Source: Mytilus trossulus
Lineage: Eukaryota
Reading direction: 5' to 3'
Assembly: GCF_036588685.1 (NCBI RefSeq)
Contig: NC_086386.1
Coordinates: 57,350,001 to 57,414,000 of the forward strand
Length of the DNA: 64,000 bases
In this document: positions 52,555 through 64,000 of the stretch, piece by piece
How the letters are laid out: each line of letters starts with the position of its first letter
Numbering within the stretch: position 1 is the stretch's first letter
Translations under genes and position numbers: made by a program
The notes under the pieces: model-generated
Told to the model about the DNA's origin: nothing
Seen by the model: the letters and a program-made list of their open reading frames with translations, nothing else
Databases searched by the model: none

Positions 52555-54108
52555 GGAGTCGTTGCCAATAACACTTCCCAGCGAAATTTGTTATCCAAAG
52601 GTCAGAAATATCGTGAGCCTAAATCCATCAATTTGAAATACTTGAAAACTTCAAAATACTGATGGATTCAGTCGAGGATTATGTCAGGCAATGGGCTAAA
52701 CGCGATAAAGAAGACGTAGATACCCTTTACGAGTGAATTAAGGCTGTGAGGTCGTTGATACAAATCCGAATTAGAAACTAAATGGGTCTATCAATACCCA
52801 CGCTACGTCAAATTTTAAAGAGCCAAATGTTGCAAAACACTTGCCGTACCTCCATGACAAATATGTTGTCCCTGCAGATAAAGCCCTAAACAACATTGTT
52901 TTTTTTGTGTAAATATCATTACATTAACTGCTTGATAAGTATTTGAAACTCAACATATACCCTCACGACACTTACCAAAGAGGAAATTCTTGATAATCAT
53001 TGGTCTGTTCAATTTTCCTTTGGAATTTCAACCAAAGATGAAGAACTGATCTTCCATCACTGTATTGAATACATAAACTACATAAATATCCTTACAAACA
53101 ACGGTATATTGATGGGACTTCAGAGTGCTCCACGAAACCTCTTTCTAAATTATTAACATCTATTTAATCAGCAATCAAAGCCGGGCTCCCAAGTTATTGT
53201 GAAACTGCCTTTTCTAGAGGTGGCATGAATAAGATGTGGATACTAACAAATTCCAAAGATCTTTTAGAGTACATACAATCTCCGGGTGCGGGAATTTCTC
53301 GTTACATTGAAGACTTGTTGGTGACCTTCCGCTGTTGTTTTTTCTATGGTCGGGTTGTTGTCTCTTTGATACATTCCCCATTTCCATTCTCAATTTTATT
53401 AAGACGCTCTCAACTTGCAATAGTATTAAAACATTCGACTTTTCTACACTTTACACACGAATTCCCCATTCCAAACTAAAGGCCAAATAGAAAGAGTTGG
53501 TATTACTTGGTTTCTTTAAAAATAATGGCGAACGAAGATACAAATATCTTGTCTTGGGGAGGGATAAATCATACTCTGTAAAGAATCACTCTGATTTAAA
53601 CAAAATATTCTTTGAAACTGACATTATCTAGATGCTTGTTTTCTTGATTAAAAACATATTTGTTACGTTTGATGGACGTGTTTTTTCAACAGACTATCGG
53701 ATTTCCAATGGGAATCAATTGTTCCCCTGTTCTTGTCGACTTGTTTCTTTATTAATGTGAAGCTGATTTTTATACAGGAACGTTTTAGAAAGAAAGATAC
53801 GAAGTTAGAAATATCCTTTAACCTTAGGTTCCGCTATATAGATGATGTTCTCTAACTAAATAACACAAAATTTGGTGACTACATGTATGTTAAAAGAATC
53901 TATCCCATCGAACTAGAGAAAAAGGATACAACAGATACAGTTAAGTCTGCCTCATATCTTGACTTACATCTAGAAATTGACAATGAGGGTCTGTTGAAAA
54001 CAAAACTTAACAACAAAAGAGATGATTTTAGCTTCCCAATTGTGAATTTTCCATTTCTATGGAGCAACATTCCAGCAGCGCCTGCATGCGGAGTATATAT
54101 CTCCCAAT
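52555..54108 (+). mobile_element. Degraded Penelope-like element reverse transcriptase
   Basis: Broken frames KYREP, VPADKA, GFPMG, FRYIDD and SASYLDLHLEID...KRDDFSFPIVNFPFLWSNIPAAPACGVYISQL; interrupted by a repeat at 53280-53400. Confidence 0.85.
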
Positions 54109-54739
54109 TGAAAACAGTTTGCCAACAATAGATCCTATGTTCGTACCACTCAACCAAGGATAAATGCACACGAAGAAGCAAAATGATAGTTTGATTCTTG
54201 AGGGGAATATAGTTAATTTAAGCATATTTCTAATTACTTCTCCCGAGTTCAGTTATACATACCTTTTCAGCTGTTTAAAGTTTGTCTTAGTTTTTAATTT
54301 TTTGTTTTTATTGAAAATAAATCAATTGCGCAACAAGCTCTGACTATACCAATACTGTGCCGTGCTGCGCATAACAATTTTTGTAGATTTATTTTAATGT
54401 TTAAGAACCATGCATAATTTTCCTATTTTCTATTACTAGAAATGGCAGTCATGTTTTTCATAAGCAAACACATCCAATCTGAAACAAAACAGCCAAAAAA
54501 TATTGTTGCATAGTTACGTAGTTTCAATTGACCTGGTGATTTCAAATGAGATAGTGCGTGATTACTTCATCAGATATACAGGCGAAGACGGACGACGGCG
54601 AGTTTAAAAAAAGACATAACTAAATCTTCTGTCACTTTATAAGATACGTACATTTTTCTGTAAACTGCAACATGTATAAATATAGATACTGCATGCATAC
54701 AAAAGAACGGACTGCTTTGTTTATGTTTTGAAGAAAGAA

Positions 54740-54916
54740 TGGCTTTCAATTAACGCACAGTAGTTTTTTACTTTTTACTCATACACGAGTCAGATTATAT
54801 ATTTTTACATTTCAACAGTTTTATAAAGAATTTATATTCATTGAAATGTAAAAATATATAATCTGACTCGTGTATGAGTAAAAAGTAAAAATCTACTGTT
54901 CGTTAATTGAAAGCCA
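54740..54916. repeat. Near-perfect palindrome (~76-bp arms, ~25-bp spacer)
   Basis: TGGCTTTCAATTAACG...TTTTACATTTCAA / TTGAAATGTAAAA...CGTTAATTGAAAGCCA. Confidence 0.9.
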
Positions 54917-55683
54917 GATATAGATACGGAGATAGAAAAAAAACGATTATAACTTATTGCATGCGTGTAACATAGAAACATATTGTTATATTGTTTTTCG
55001 TGTCTATTCTTATATGCAATTGTATATGTTGAAAAAGCAATTAATGATAATTTAGAATAATTGTTTGTTTTTGAAAGATTTCCTCTTAATGTTTTACGTG
55101 TGACCGGGTCACTAAAGGTCTAAATATAGGTCAAAAGAAATTGGTATTAACGTGCAATCTTCTTCCGATTTAAATAAAAAAGAAATTCCATTCAAATGTA
55201 GCAATCAAGCTTGCTTTAAACGTGATGTGTAAGATTCTAAAGTATAATACATGAAATACAAAACGACATATTTCCTGTAGTTATAATGAGGTTTAAAAAT
55301 AGCTGGGTATTTCCTTTCAATTTTGTTTAGTTTCTGTTTCCATTTAATCATCACAATTACAATTAGACCAACAATTAACTATTTGTAATCTGAAGTGCCA
55401 AAAAAACTTGATTCAGTTTAAATTTTGATTGTGGTGAAATAAAAGCTGTGTGTAATACCTAGCTATATTAAAACCTCATTCGGTCTTATATGATTTTGAC
55501 TTAAATTTGCATTACCTTTTTTTTTAAATATTACTCATCATTTATTTAAGTATTAATACATCTTCTGATTTTAAGGCTTATGAAATGTTTTCCTTATCTG
55601 CGCAATATCGTCTATGCTATGCGATCTGGTACATATCAAATTTGCTTGTAGGTACTTTTTATAGACATATATATATATACATA

Positions 55684-55794
55684 TACACTGTTTTCAAATA
55701 AAAATTCATTACTGCAATTTTCTAATCTCAGCTTAGTAAATCCAGGTTTCATATCGACTGCATCCATTGACAGATATGATATAATTGGATTCAA
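55684..55794 (-). pseudogene. 111-bp duplicated fragment of the cGLR exon
   Basis: Matches 61340-61450 with 3 mismatches, same orientation. Confidence 0.9.
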
Positions 55795-56639
55795 TTTAGA
55801 AATTCAGAAACTGATAATTGTACTTACTTGGGCTAAATAGATCTTTTATGACTTCGACTTGACTTTGCATTACCTTTTTGCAATATAACTCCTCATTTAT
55901 TTAAGCATTTGTACACCTCCGGCTTTCAACGGGCCTGGTTAAGAGCTTTCCAGGTGAGGGAATATCCAGAAAAGTGTCGAATATAAAGTTGTATTTTCTT
56001 ATCATATGATTTGAACAAACATTAAAACAGGTTATTCTAGAATTCCGTTAAGTGCGCATAACCTTATACTAATATAAGATTTATGCATCGTACATTATAT
56101 AACAAACAAAACAAACAAACAAACAAACGAATACTTTATTTGCCAATCACGGCGCCCATATACATTTGTGAGACTAAAATGAGCAAATTATTGATTGTTC
56201 CAATTAACTTGAAGGTATAATTTTTATTACATATTTAAATGGACTGGCTGCAAAATAGTTTGTATGCAAATTTTCGCAAAACAATCACCGTGGTATCAAA
56301 CTGTATTGTATGCCCTTAAATACTTAAAACAACATTATATGTAATGATAATTTTAATAGAAGCTAAGAAATAAATATATACATGTAGCTCATAACGAAAA
56401 AGGACCGGTACATGTAACGCCGAAACAGCTAATGAACAATGGTAAATGTCAGTAGCCCATTATTATACGAGAGTTTAATCTTTTGTTTTCAATTATATTT
56501 TTGTATATTCTTTACTTATTTATCTATTTATATTGTAAAACTGCAGGGTAGATTCATAGGCAAGTCAACATTGCAACTTTCCTTGTTTCCTACCACATCA
56601 AACCAGTAAAAGTGAAATGGTCAGTATTTGTGCTAGACT

Positions 56640-56905
56640 GCACTGAATTGTTCTCGACCATTCTGCATTGGTCTGACATTTACTAAATATTATTCGACTA
56701 CAGTCTGAACCATACTAAACAGTCAGAACTTGTACCCGACTTGTACTGAACCAGTTCTTAACCATTTTTCAGAAAGTCTGAATCATACGTGATCCAAGCC
56801 TGAACCATACTCGACAAGTCTGAACTATTATACTCGACCAAGTCTGAACCATACTCGACACATTTAAACTATTATACTCGACCAAGTCTGGCTATACTCG
56901 ACCAA
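56640..56905. repeat. Degenerate ~20-bp minisatellite (CTGAACCATACTCGACCAAGT)
   Basis: Repeated CTGAAC...ATACTCGAC units. Confidence 0.75.
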
Positions 56906-56945
56906 GTTCTAATATTGAACGATCTATTCTAAATATATCACTCTC

Positions 56946-57515
56946 AATTGTGAACTTTCCATTTTTATATAGCAACATTCGAGCAGCGCCTGCATGCGGA
57001 GTATATATCGCCCAACTCCAGAGCTTGCATTACCTATCATGATTTCCTTGATTGAGGATTGCTACTCACAAGGAAGTTATTCAATCCAAGAGTTCCAAGT
57101 GTTGAAGTTGAAATCATCCCTTCGTAAATTTTACCGGCGCCATGACGAGAAGGTTGACCGTTATGGAATATCCGTTTAACAGATGATAGCATATATGTTT
57201 CTAATGTCGTAATTACAATCCCGTCGCCTTTTCCCGAATGGGACCTACAGATTTAGACTTACTACCGGGTTTGTACTAGCGTGAGCAACACGACATGTGT
57301 GACATATGGAACAGGATCTGCTTACGCTTCCGTAGCACCTGAAATCAGCCCCCGTTTTTGGTGCGGTTCGTGCTGCTCAGTGTCTAGTTTTGTATGTTGT
57401 GTTTTGTGTACTATTATTTGTCTGTTTGTCTTTTTCTTTTTTTAGCAAAGGCGTAGTCAATTTATTTTCGACTTATGAGTTTGAATGTCCTTCTAGTATC
57501 TTTTGCCTTTCGTTT
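56946..57515 (+). mobile_element. PLE C-terminal/3' segment
   Basis: IVNFPF...SNI...AAPACGVYI, LKSSLRKFYRRH; overlaps the end of the 52555-54108 remnant by ~65 bp. Confidence 0.75.
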
Positions 57516-58668
57516 ATATAATTATTCAGAATTAATTATTTTTTTCCCTTTTAAATCTTAAATCAAGTTAATTAAACTATATGCTGTTATAGAAATACAA
57601 TTGTTACAACATTTGACTGTCATGTTAGTTTTGCTGAACACATAGGGAGCTTTTACTTGAATTTTGTTTTTATATTAATTATGTGAAAGTGGCTGTTTAG
57701 ATAAGAAGGGTTTTATATTTCATCATCGAACATGCTCATGATGAAGTCCATAAATAAAGGCAACAGTAATATACCGCTGTTCAATAGTCATAAATCGATA
57801 CAGCGAAAACTAATCCGGGTTATAAACACAAGGAAACACATCAGCTATAACAACAAAAGCCTGTAATTCAGTTGTCGTCGTTTGTTGTTGTAATCATTTT
57901 GTTTGTGGTTTATTGTATTGTATATAAATTGGAACGTTGATATTATTGATTGAGTTGTATTACATTTATTCAGATCGGGTACTTTTATAGGTTGATATGC
58001 GATATGGGTTTTGCTCATTGTCGAATGCCGTACCATGACCCTTAGTTGCTAAACTCTACGTCATTAGGTTTCTGGAAGGATCGTTGTGTCATTCGCATCT
58101 GAACCACATATCATAATTTGTATAAAGGAACCTTGTACAGTAATTTATTGGTAAAAAAAAGACCTCCTTTTTCGTATTAGTGGTTTCCAGATTTGCTACG
58201 TATCAGCTACGGTCAGTACGTAACTCACCTGATTGTGTTGTTTTGGTATATCATTTAAGGCAGGAGATTAAAGATTGAAGAAATCGAATTGCATATCAGC
58301 AAAATTGCCTCAACTTTTTATCTGATTTCGCCGTTTCTAGAACACTTTGAATGTGTATCTATATGATATTATTTGGTTTATGAACAAATGCATGAATCAA
58401 ACAGACCTTACAGGAACTGAGTTGATACGACTTTTTTATGCTAAATATAGTTTTGTGTTTCTGTTATTTTTAGTTATGGTTTTTGTTATGTTTATATTAA
58501 GAAAAAAAGAAAATATTATTATCTTTAAACCGAATTCGGTACAATTAAAATACCATCTATGGACGAATTTCTTAAATACGTGATACTGATGTTGATTAAA
58601 TACGTCAACATGTTAAGAATTTGTTGATTTCGCATTAGTTTTACATAAGTTATTATAAATGTATTTAA

Positions 58669-59259
58669 GGTGGTATGGGTGTCTTCATTTATCTTGGCTT
58701 GTAAAAAACAGAGAACCAAAGGTCCAGATTTTCTATCGAGTTGGCAAAATTTGATGCAGGAATGCAGATATTTAATGTACATTTTCATTTAAAAGAATCA
58801 ATTTATAGGAATATAACTTATCAATATTAATATTTTTGCAAATGTTGATTATTTAAGGTTGTTTTTAAAAATAAATAAACTGGGATTTTAAGGGGAGGTA
58901 ACTCTAAAACAGTGCATTTTCTGAAGGATTCTACATGGAATTTTCCTATTTTGTATTTTAGCCGGTAAAAACGTACTGTGACCCCATCTTTTCTTTTGAT
59001 ATTCTCAAAGCATTGTCTGAAAGCTATCTTTTCCTAAAGTATTTTACAATTCTATCATTTTGTTTAGTTTCTAATCACAAAATGGTGATTTTTCCTGTAT
59101 AACCCTTACAAAATGTATAATTTTGTCACGTCCTGTAGCTTGAGAAATGCACGGGGACCTACCATTTTTAATTTATTTTTCAACATATATCAATAGATAC
59201 TACATTTTGGCAAAGTATGAATAAATTCTATCATTTTTATTTTAGACTCCCATACTACC
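58669..59259. mobile_element. Kolobok-like MITE (TTAA TSD)
   Basis: TTAA|GGTGGTATGGGTGTCT ... AGACTCCCATACTACC|TTAA. Confidence 0.75.
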
Positions 59260-59793
59260 TTAAGAAACCTATTTTGATCATAACAGCAGAATATTTGAGC
59301 GAGAAAAGGGCACGAGTTCAGCCGATTTTTTTTTATATCTATTTCGTAGAGTACAAATACGGTTTAGACCTTCAGCATTATAAGTATATTGTATTAATTT
59401 GAAGGTTAAACTGCTTTTAAAGAAATTTTAAAAAAATGAAAATCTTATAAAACTAAATATTCTGCTACTTTTGTACTTTTATATTCGACGTTATTCTATG
59501 AAAGTTACTTTCCTATCAGTAAGATATAAAATGCATTACGTAGAGCAATACAAAAATGCTGCTATTAACCTAGTAATAATAACTGTACACATACGAATAA
59601 ACAAGCACTGCATTTTTATTGAATATAATGCATAATCTTTGAATGAAAGAGAGTAGCTATGTGCCATGAATAGCAAATTAAATCAGTCCAATTAAGGAAC
59701 ATGCCTTTTTATCTTTTACTCCTTTTAAAGGCAGAACATATACAGAAGCATCACAATATCCGTGACTCAACATGATGCACAAATATTACAATT

Positions 59794-61692
59794 AACTCAT
59801 GTAGGAAAGTCCATTCCGGCAGGATTGTCGGATCGATGTGTGTATAATTCAAGGCTCTGTGAAAACTAGCAGATCAAGTGTCACCTGATATTTGTAAAGC
59901 AACACCAAGAAGATTGTCAACGTTAAATCCATTTTTCTATTCAAATAAATTTCTTCTATGACAAGTGCCAGCTCTTGAAGGGCCTCTTGACATTGTTTGA
60001 CATTTTTAAGATGATAATGACATAGAAACTTAAGAAAATAGGCATAAGCTGAAGATGGAATCATAACCGTTCTATCATCAAATTCAATAAGAAGTTCATC
60101 TGGTATTAATACAGAGTTTCTGGTAAATTCAATACGATCGACAAGAAATAATTTCCATAAATGAACAATATTCTTCTTCTGGAGTAGTTTCAGTTTGAAA
60201 AATTCGTAATGAACGTCCGACATGCTCATGAAATTGTACATTTTTTCCGAAGTACATTTCGCTATGGAGTACAGGATAATACGTACAGCTTTGGCGTATT
60301 GTTTTGTTTTATAGAAGAACGAAGCTATCATCAACCACCCAGAAACAGCGTCATGATAAATATTCTGAAGCAGAGTACTAAGACATGATTTGTTTTGTTG
60401 GTATTGGTATTTATTATAATTACTGTTTACACTGTTAAGAGGAAAAAACTGGGCACGCCATGAACACAATATTGACATGTAGTATGTATATAAGTATTTT
60501 ATTGATGACTGTTTACATGAAACTGTCTTTTGTTTTCCTCGATCAAATTCAGAACCTTGAAAACGTTTGAGATTGATATTGAAAAGAGAATTTGCAATTT
60601 GCAATAAAAAAGAATTCGTTGTTTTCTCAACATCATTTATATACAATCGGTTTTGTTCCATGTTGAAATAATGCATTGATCCAGAAAAATTGGATACTTG
60701 ATCTGAAAATAAAATGCATCGCCAACCGTAGCTTTGCAATATATTTAGTTCTTCGGATAGTATTTTACGAGCACGGCCCTCAATTTTATTCTAAAACATA
60801 TTGTTCTCTGGTATAAAGTAATGCAAACAAACCGAATACTCAACGCAATAGATCCGTCTGCTAAAACATTGCAGGAAGCAAGGTATCAATTGGTCAGGTT
60901 TCCATATGGATTGAGGCAGTTCTTCAGAAATCCAGAAAATAATGGTTTTTATGAAATAAGAACAGAGTAATTCTTTGCATTCGGAGAAGGTAGCTATAAC
61001 ATCTTTCAAAAGAATTTTTATTTAAAGTTTTTCACCGAATGAGAACGATATTCTCCATTCTAGATCCTCTTTTGATGATCCTTTTACACCGATAGGTACA
61101 AAAAGTACTCCGTGTTTTATGACACTTTGTTTAACCTCATAGCTTGGCCATGAGTAACTAGATCTTTGTATCCAATTTACTGCAGGTGATACCCATGTTT
61201 TACAATGTAAGCAATGGGCAAAGTCAAAAATTTCCTGTTTGTCAGAAAGACACGGTCCATGAATAATATAGAAGGTGTCATCGTACAAAAACCACTGTTT
61301 CCATAATGTGCTGGATAGATAATGCTTCTCAGTGATTTGTACACTGTTTTCAAATAAAAATTCATTACTGCAATTTTCTAATCTGAGCTTTGTAAATCCA
61401 GGTTTCATATCGTCTGCATCCATTGACAGATATGATATAATTGGATTCAAACGGGGCTTTACTTCGTAAACCTCAATATTTCTATAAAGATACATAATGT
61501 CTAAATCACTACCTCTCATGTCAAGTCCTTCTCCAAAACTGCCACTTGTTATCATGATTTTCTTTCCGAAACTTGACAAATTATCTCTAACCGCGTTCAA
61601 CAACCTGATTTGTTTAACATGATCTTCCGTTCCTACTATATTTTGACACATATATCTATATAGTTCTGTTGACAAATGTTGTGTGATGTGGT
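59794..61692 (-). pseudogene. cGAS-like receptor (cGLR; Mab-21 nucleotidyltransferase plus C-terminal helical/TPR-like region) pseudogene
   Basis: Motifs SGSFGEGLDMRGSDLDIM, IHGPC...DFAHCL, WRISFS, CSYFIKTIIFW and LHYFIPENNMF. The three listed ORFs share one frame, split by TAA 61022-24 and TAG 60791-93, with a frameshift near 59925. Acceptor TTTTCTGCTTACAG|AC at 61692; the upstream exon was not located. Confidence 0.88.
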
Positions 61693-64000
61693 CTGTAAGC
61701 AGAAAAAAAAAGATTATGAAAGACACAACATATTTTAAAACTGCATTGAAGTGAGTACAACTATGTGTATATGTTTACTATTTTACTTGAAGTGAAAATC
61801 AAATCGGCGTGTATAGTGTGGCTTGTATTCAATCTAAATTAGAATTTAGATCGCAAGTCATGGAAACAATGAAAATGTAGACCTACATCTTTAAATAATT
61901 AATTAATTAACGTTTAATTAGATTACCGTTAATTATGTTTCTTAAAGATCCTGCCCCGAACTCTAATTGATTTTAGGTTTTTAGGATTAACAATAGCAAT
62001 CAATATACTGGACAATTGATCTGTCAAACTAATTACCACGACGATAATTTAAAAAAAAACATAACTAATTAATTATTTGATTTTCAACACAAACTTTTAT
62101 AAAATCTATCGAAATTGAAAAAAGTTCGGTTAACCGGTAAGCGTTTTTGGTATTCGGTATTCGGTCGTTCGACCGATTAACCGATTAACCGTTGACAACA
62201 CTACAAATAACCCATTTGCATACACACATTTGTGAAAATAGAAGCTACCATAATTCAGTTTTGAACTTAAAAAGTCTGGTGGTAAAAATACAATGAAAAA
62301 TGATAGTTAGAAAAGAACTGGTGTCATTACTTATTTATGTTAAACTAGTTTAATTCTGTGATATCATATCATCTCCCGTGGAATCTCATTAATATCAAAG
62401 TTTTAATTCACAGTTCGTCCTTTGTGTGTAAAAACTCAAGACTATTTACTTGTTTGAGACTATTGTTGCATTCGCACTTAAGAATGATAGAAAAGTTGTA
62501 AATATTGCGTACGTTGTACAGATATAATATCAAATTTCATTTCTTTAAAACAAAATATCTTTTTTTTATAGAAATATAGATCATGCATAAAACGATTAGC
62601 AATTTATCAATCAGAACGCATTTTACCATCATTTGGGCAGTTTGCCATTTTACTTTAGGAAAAATAATCGTTCAGTTGGTGCATTATTTCTTAATTAAGG
62701 AGAAGTAGTGATTGATGACATTTCAAATGATTTTTTCAAATTATCTAAGCAACTTCCATAGGTATTTTGAACACGAAAATTAAATAAAGTATCCAAATTC
62801 ACATCTCAATAATGCTTATTCTGTAAGTTATAATGGGAAAATTGTAAAACATTATTTCTGTTTTGTTTCTGTTGTGTTTCCTTATTGTTGATGACTCTTC
62901 ACCATTACTTGTTTTAAAATTGTCATCATTACTTCCGCAATCACGGGTATTGCGTTTCAAGTGAGGAATGGGTACTTCCGTAAAAAAACTTTTTTTTAAG
63001 TTCTTTTTAAAAAAAAAGTAAAAAACACATATTTAAGCAAATTCCAGATATATTTTCAAATCAATGACATGACATCTTTGATTTTGGTGGAGTTTTATTT
63101 ACCACAAAAATGAACATCTTATTGCTTTTAGTCTTAACAAAAAGGATCGTAGCATAATATTTCGTTGCTATTTCAACGTAAAGCTAAATATAACACCATA
63201 TAGGCATATAGGCAACCGTACGACTTTCAACAATGAGAAAGACTCGTACCGTATAGTCGGCTATAATACGCCCCGACATGAAAAAAACGAAACAATTCAA
63301 TTGAAAAAACTAAGGCCTAATTCTAAACAAAACAATTTACGAAAACAGAATATGAAAGATATAAACCAACGGGAACCACTGAAGTATAGGCACCTGACAT
63401 GGCACAGGCACATAAAGATTCTGGCGGGGTTAAACATGTTTGTGAGCGCTTAACCCTCCCCTAACCTTGGGCAGTAGTGTACCAGTACAGCATAATACTT
63501 AACTATAAAAATCAGTCGAGAAATGCTTAACTCATCAGATGGGTGCAACAATAAATACATCTTACAAAATCACTGAGTGGACTCAGACGGGTACTTATAT
63601 ATTCTGAATAAAAGGACACTATGAGAGAAGCAGCACTTACTGGCAGCGAGTTCAAAGCCAATAACAACTTCGTGTTTCTAAGACTAAAATATCAATCATC
63701 ATGCATCCAACATCCAATTGATTTAGTGTACACACGTCATCAATAGTCAAAGAAAAACATGACCCTGTGCAATGCCTAACTAAAGGTATCGATAGCTTGT
63801 GGTATTATGAAAGTACATATGTGTATGATTTTATTTTACTGGTAACAAAATCAATATGTAAACACTAAAACAATTTTCAAAGATTTAATTACAGTGTTGA
63901 ATAAGTATCTTTTAAGAATAATTTAATCTTAGGAGGAATTTAAGGATGGATAATTTTACCCGGATCGTATCTAAATTTCTTGGCTTGATTTACAACATCA

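Noticed and set aside
60791-61024. Programmed stop-codon readthrough in the cGLR, since all three ORFs share one frame
   Set aside because: One stop coincides with loss of a conserved helix and there is an additional C-terminal frameshift; decay is the simpler explanation.
31979-61692. CBASS-like cyclase plus nuclease 'defence island'
   Set aside because: The genes are ~22 kb apart, the cGLR is a pseudogene, both families appear highly expanded so proximity is expected by chance, and no nucleotide-sensing domain is visible in the nuclease-like protein.

Overview
AT-rich, repeat-dense animal genomic DNA with spliced genes. The interspersed repeats, Helentron/PLE families and cGLR type look like a mytilid bivalve such as Mytilus; this is recognition from memory, not a database result. 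Three gene-like loci were rebuilt by hand from GT-AG sites with matching reading phases. (1) Minus strand, 4 exons, 20228->10345, ~2363 aa: a giant, internally repeated, mostly disordered protein ending in one TM helix and a 33-aa KASH-like tail (...LIHLKNFEPPPCF). (2) Plus strand, 3 exons, 31979->38156, ~428 aa: a PD-(D/E)XK-like nuclease-fold protein with a CPCxxC motif and an N-terminus resembling a mitochondrial presequence. (3) Minus strand, ~61692->59794: a cGAS-like receptor (cGLR/Mab-21) pseudogene. Genes 1 and 2 are head-to-head. They are separated by a 10,038-bp non-autonomous CACTA-ended foldback element (20764-30801) with 1.6-1.8-kb inverted arms and a 3-bp GTA target-site duplication; a nearby inverted paralogue preserves the empty site. 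The rest is nested MITEs (hAT5-, hATx-, IS3EU-, Kolobok-, Harbinger- and Tc1-like), Helentron-type elements (including a tandem dimer), PLE and LINE relics, minisatellites, palindromes and a local duplication.
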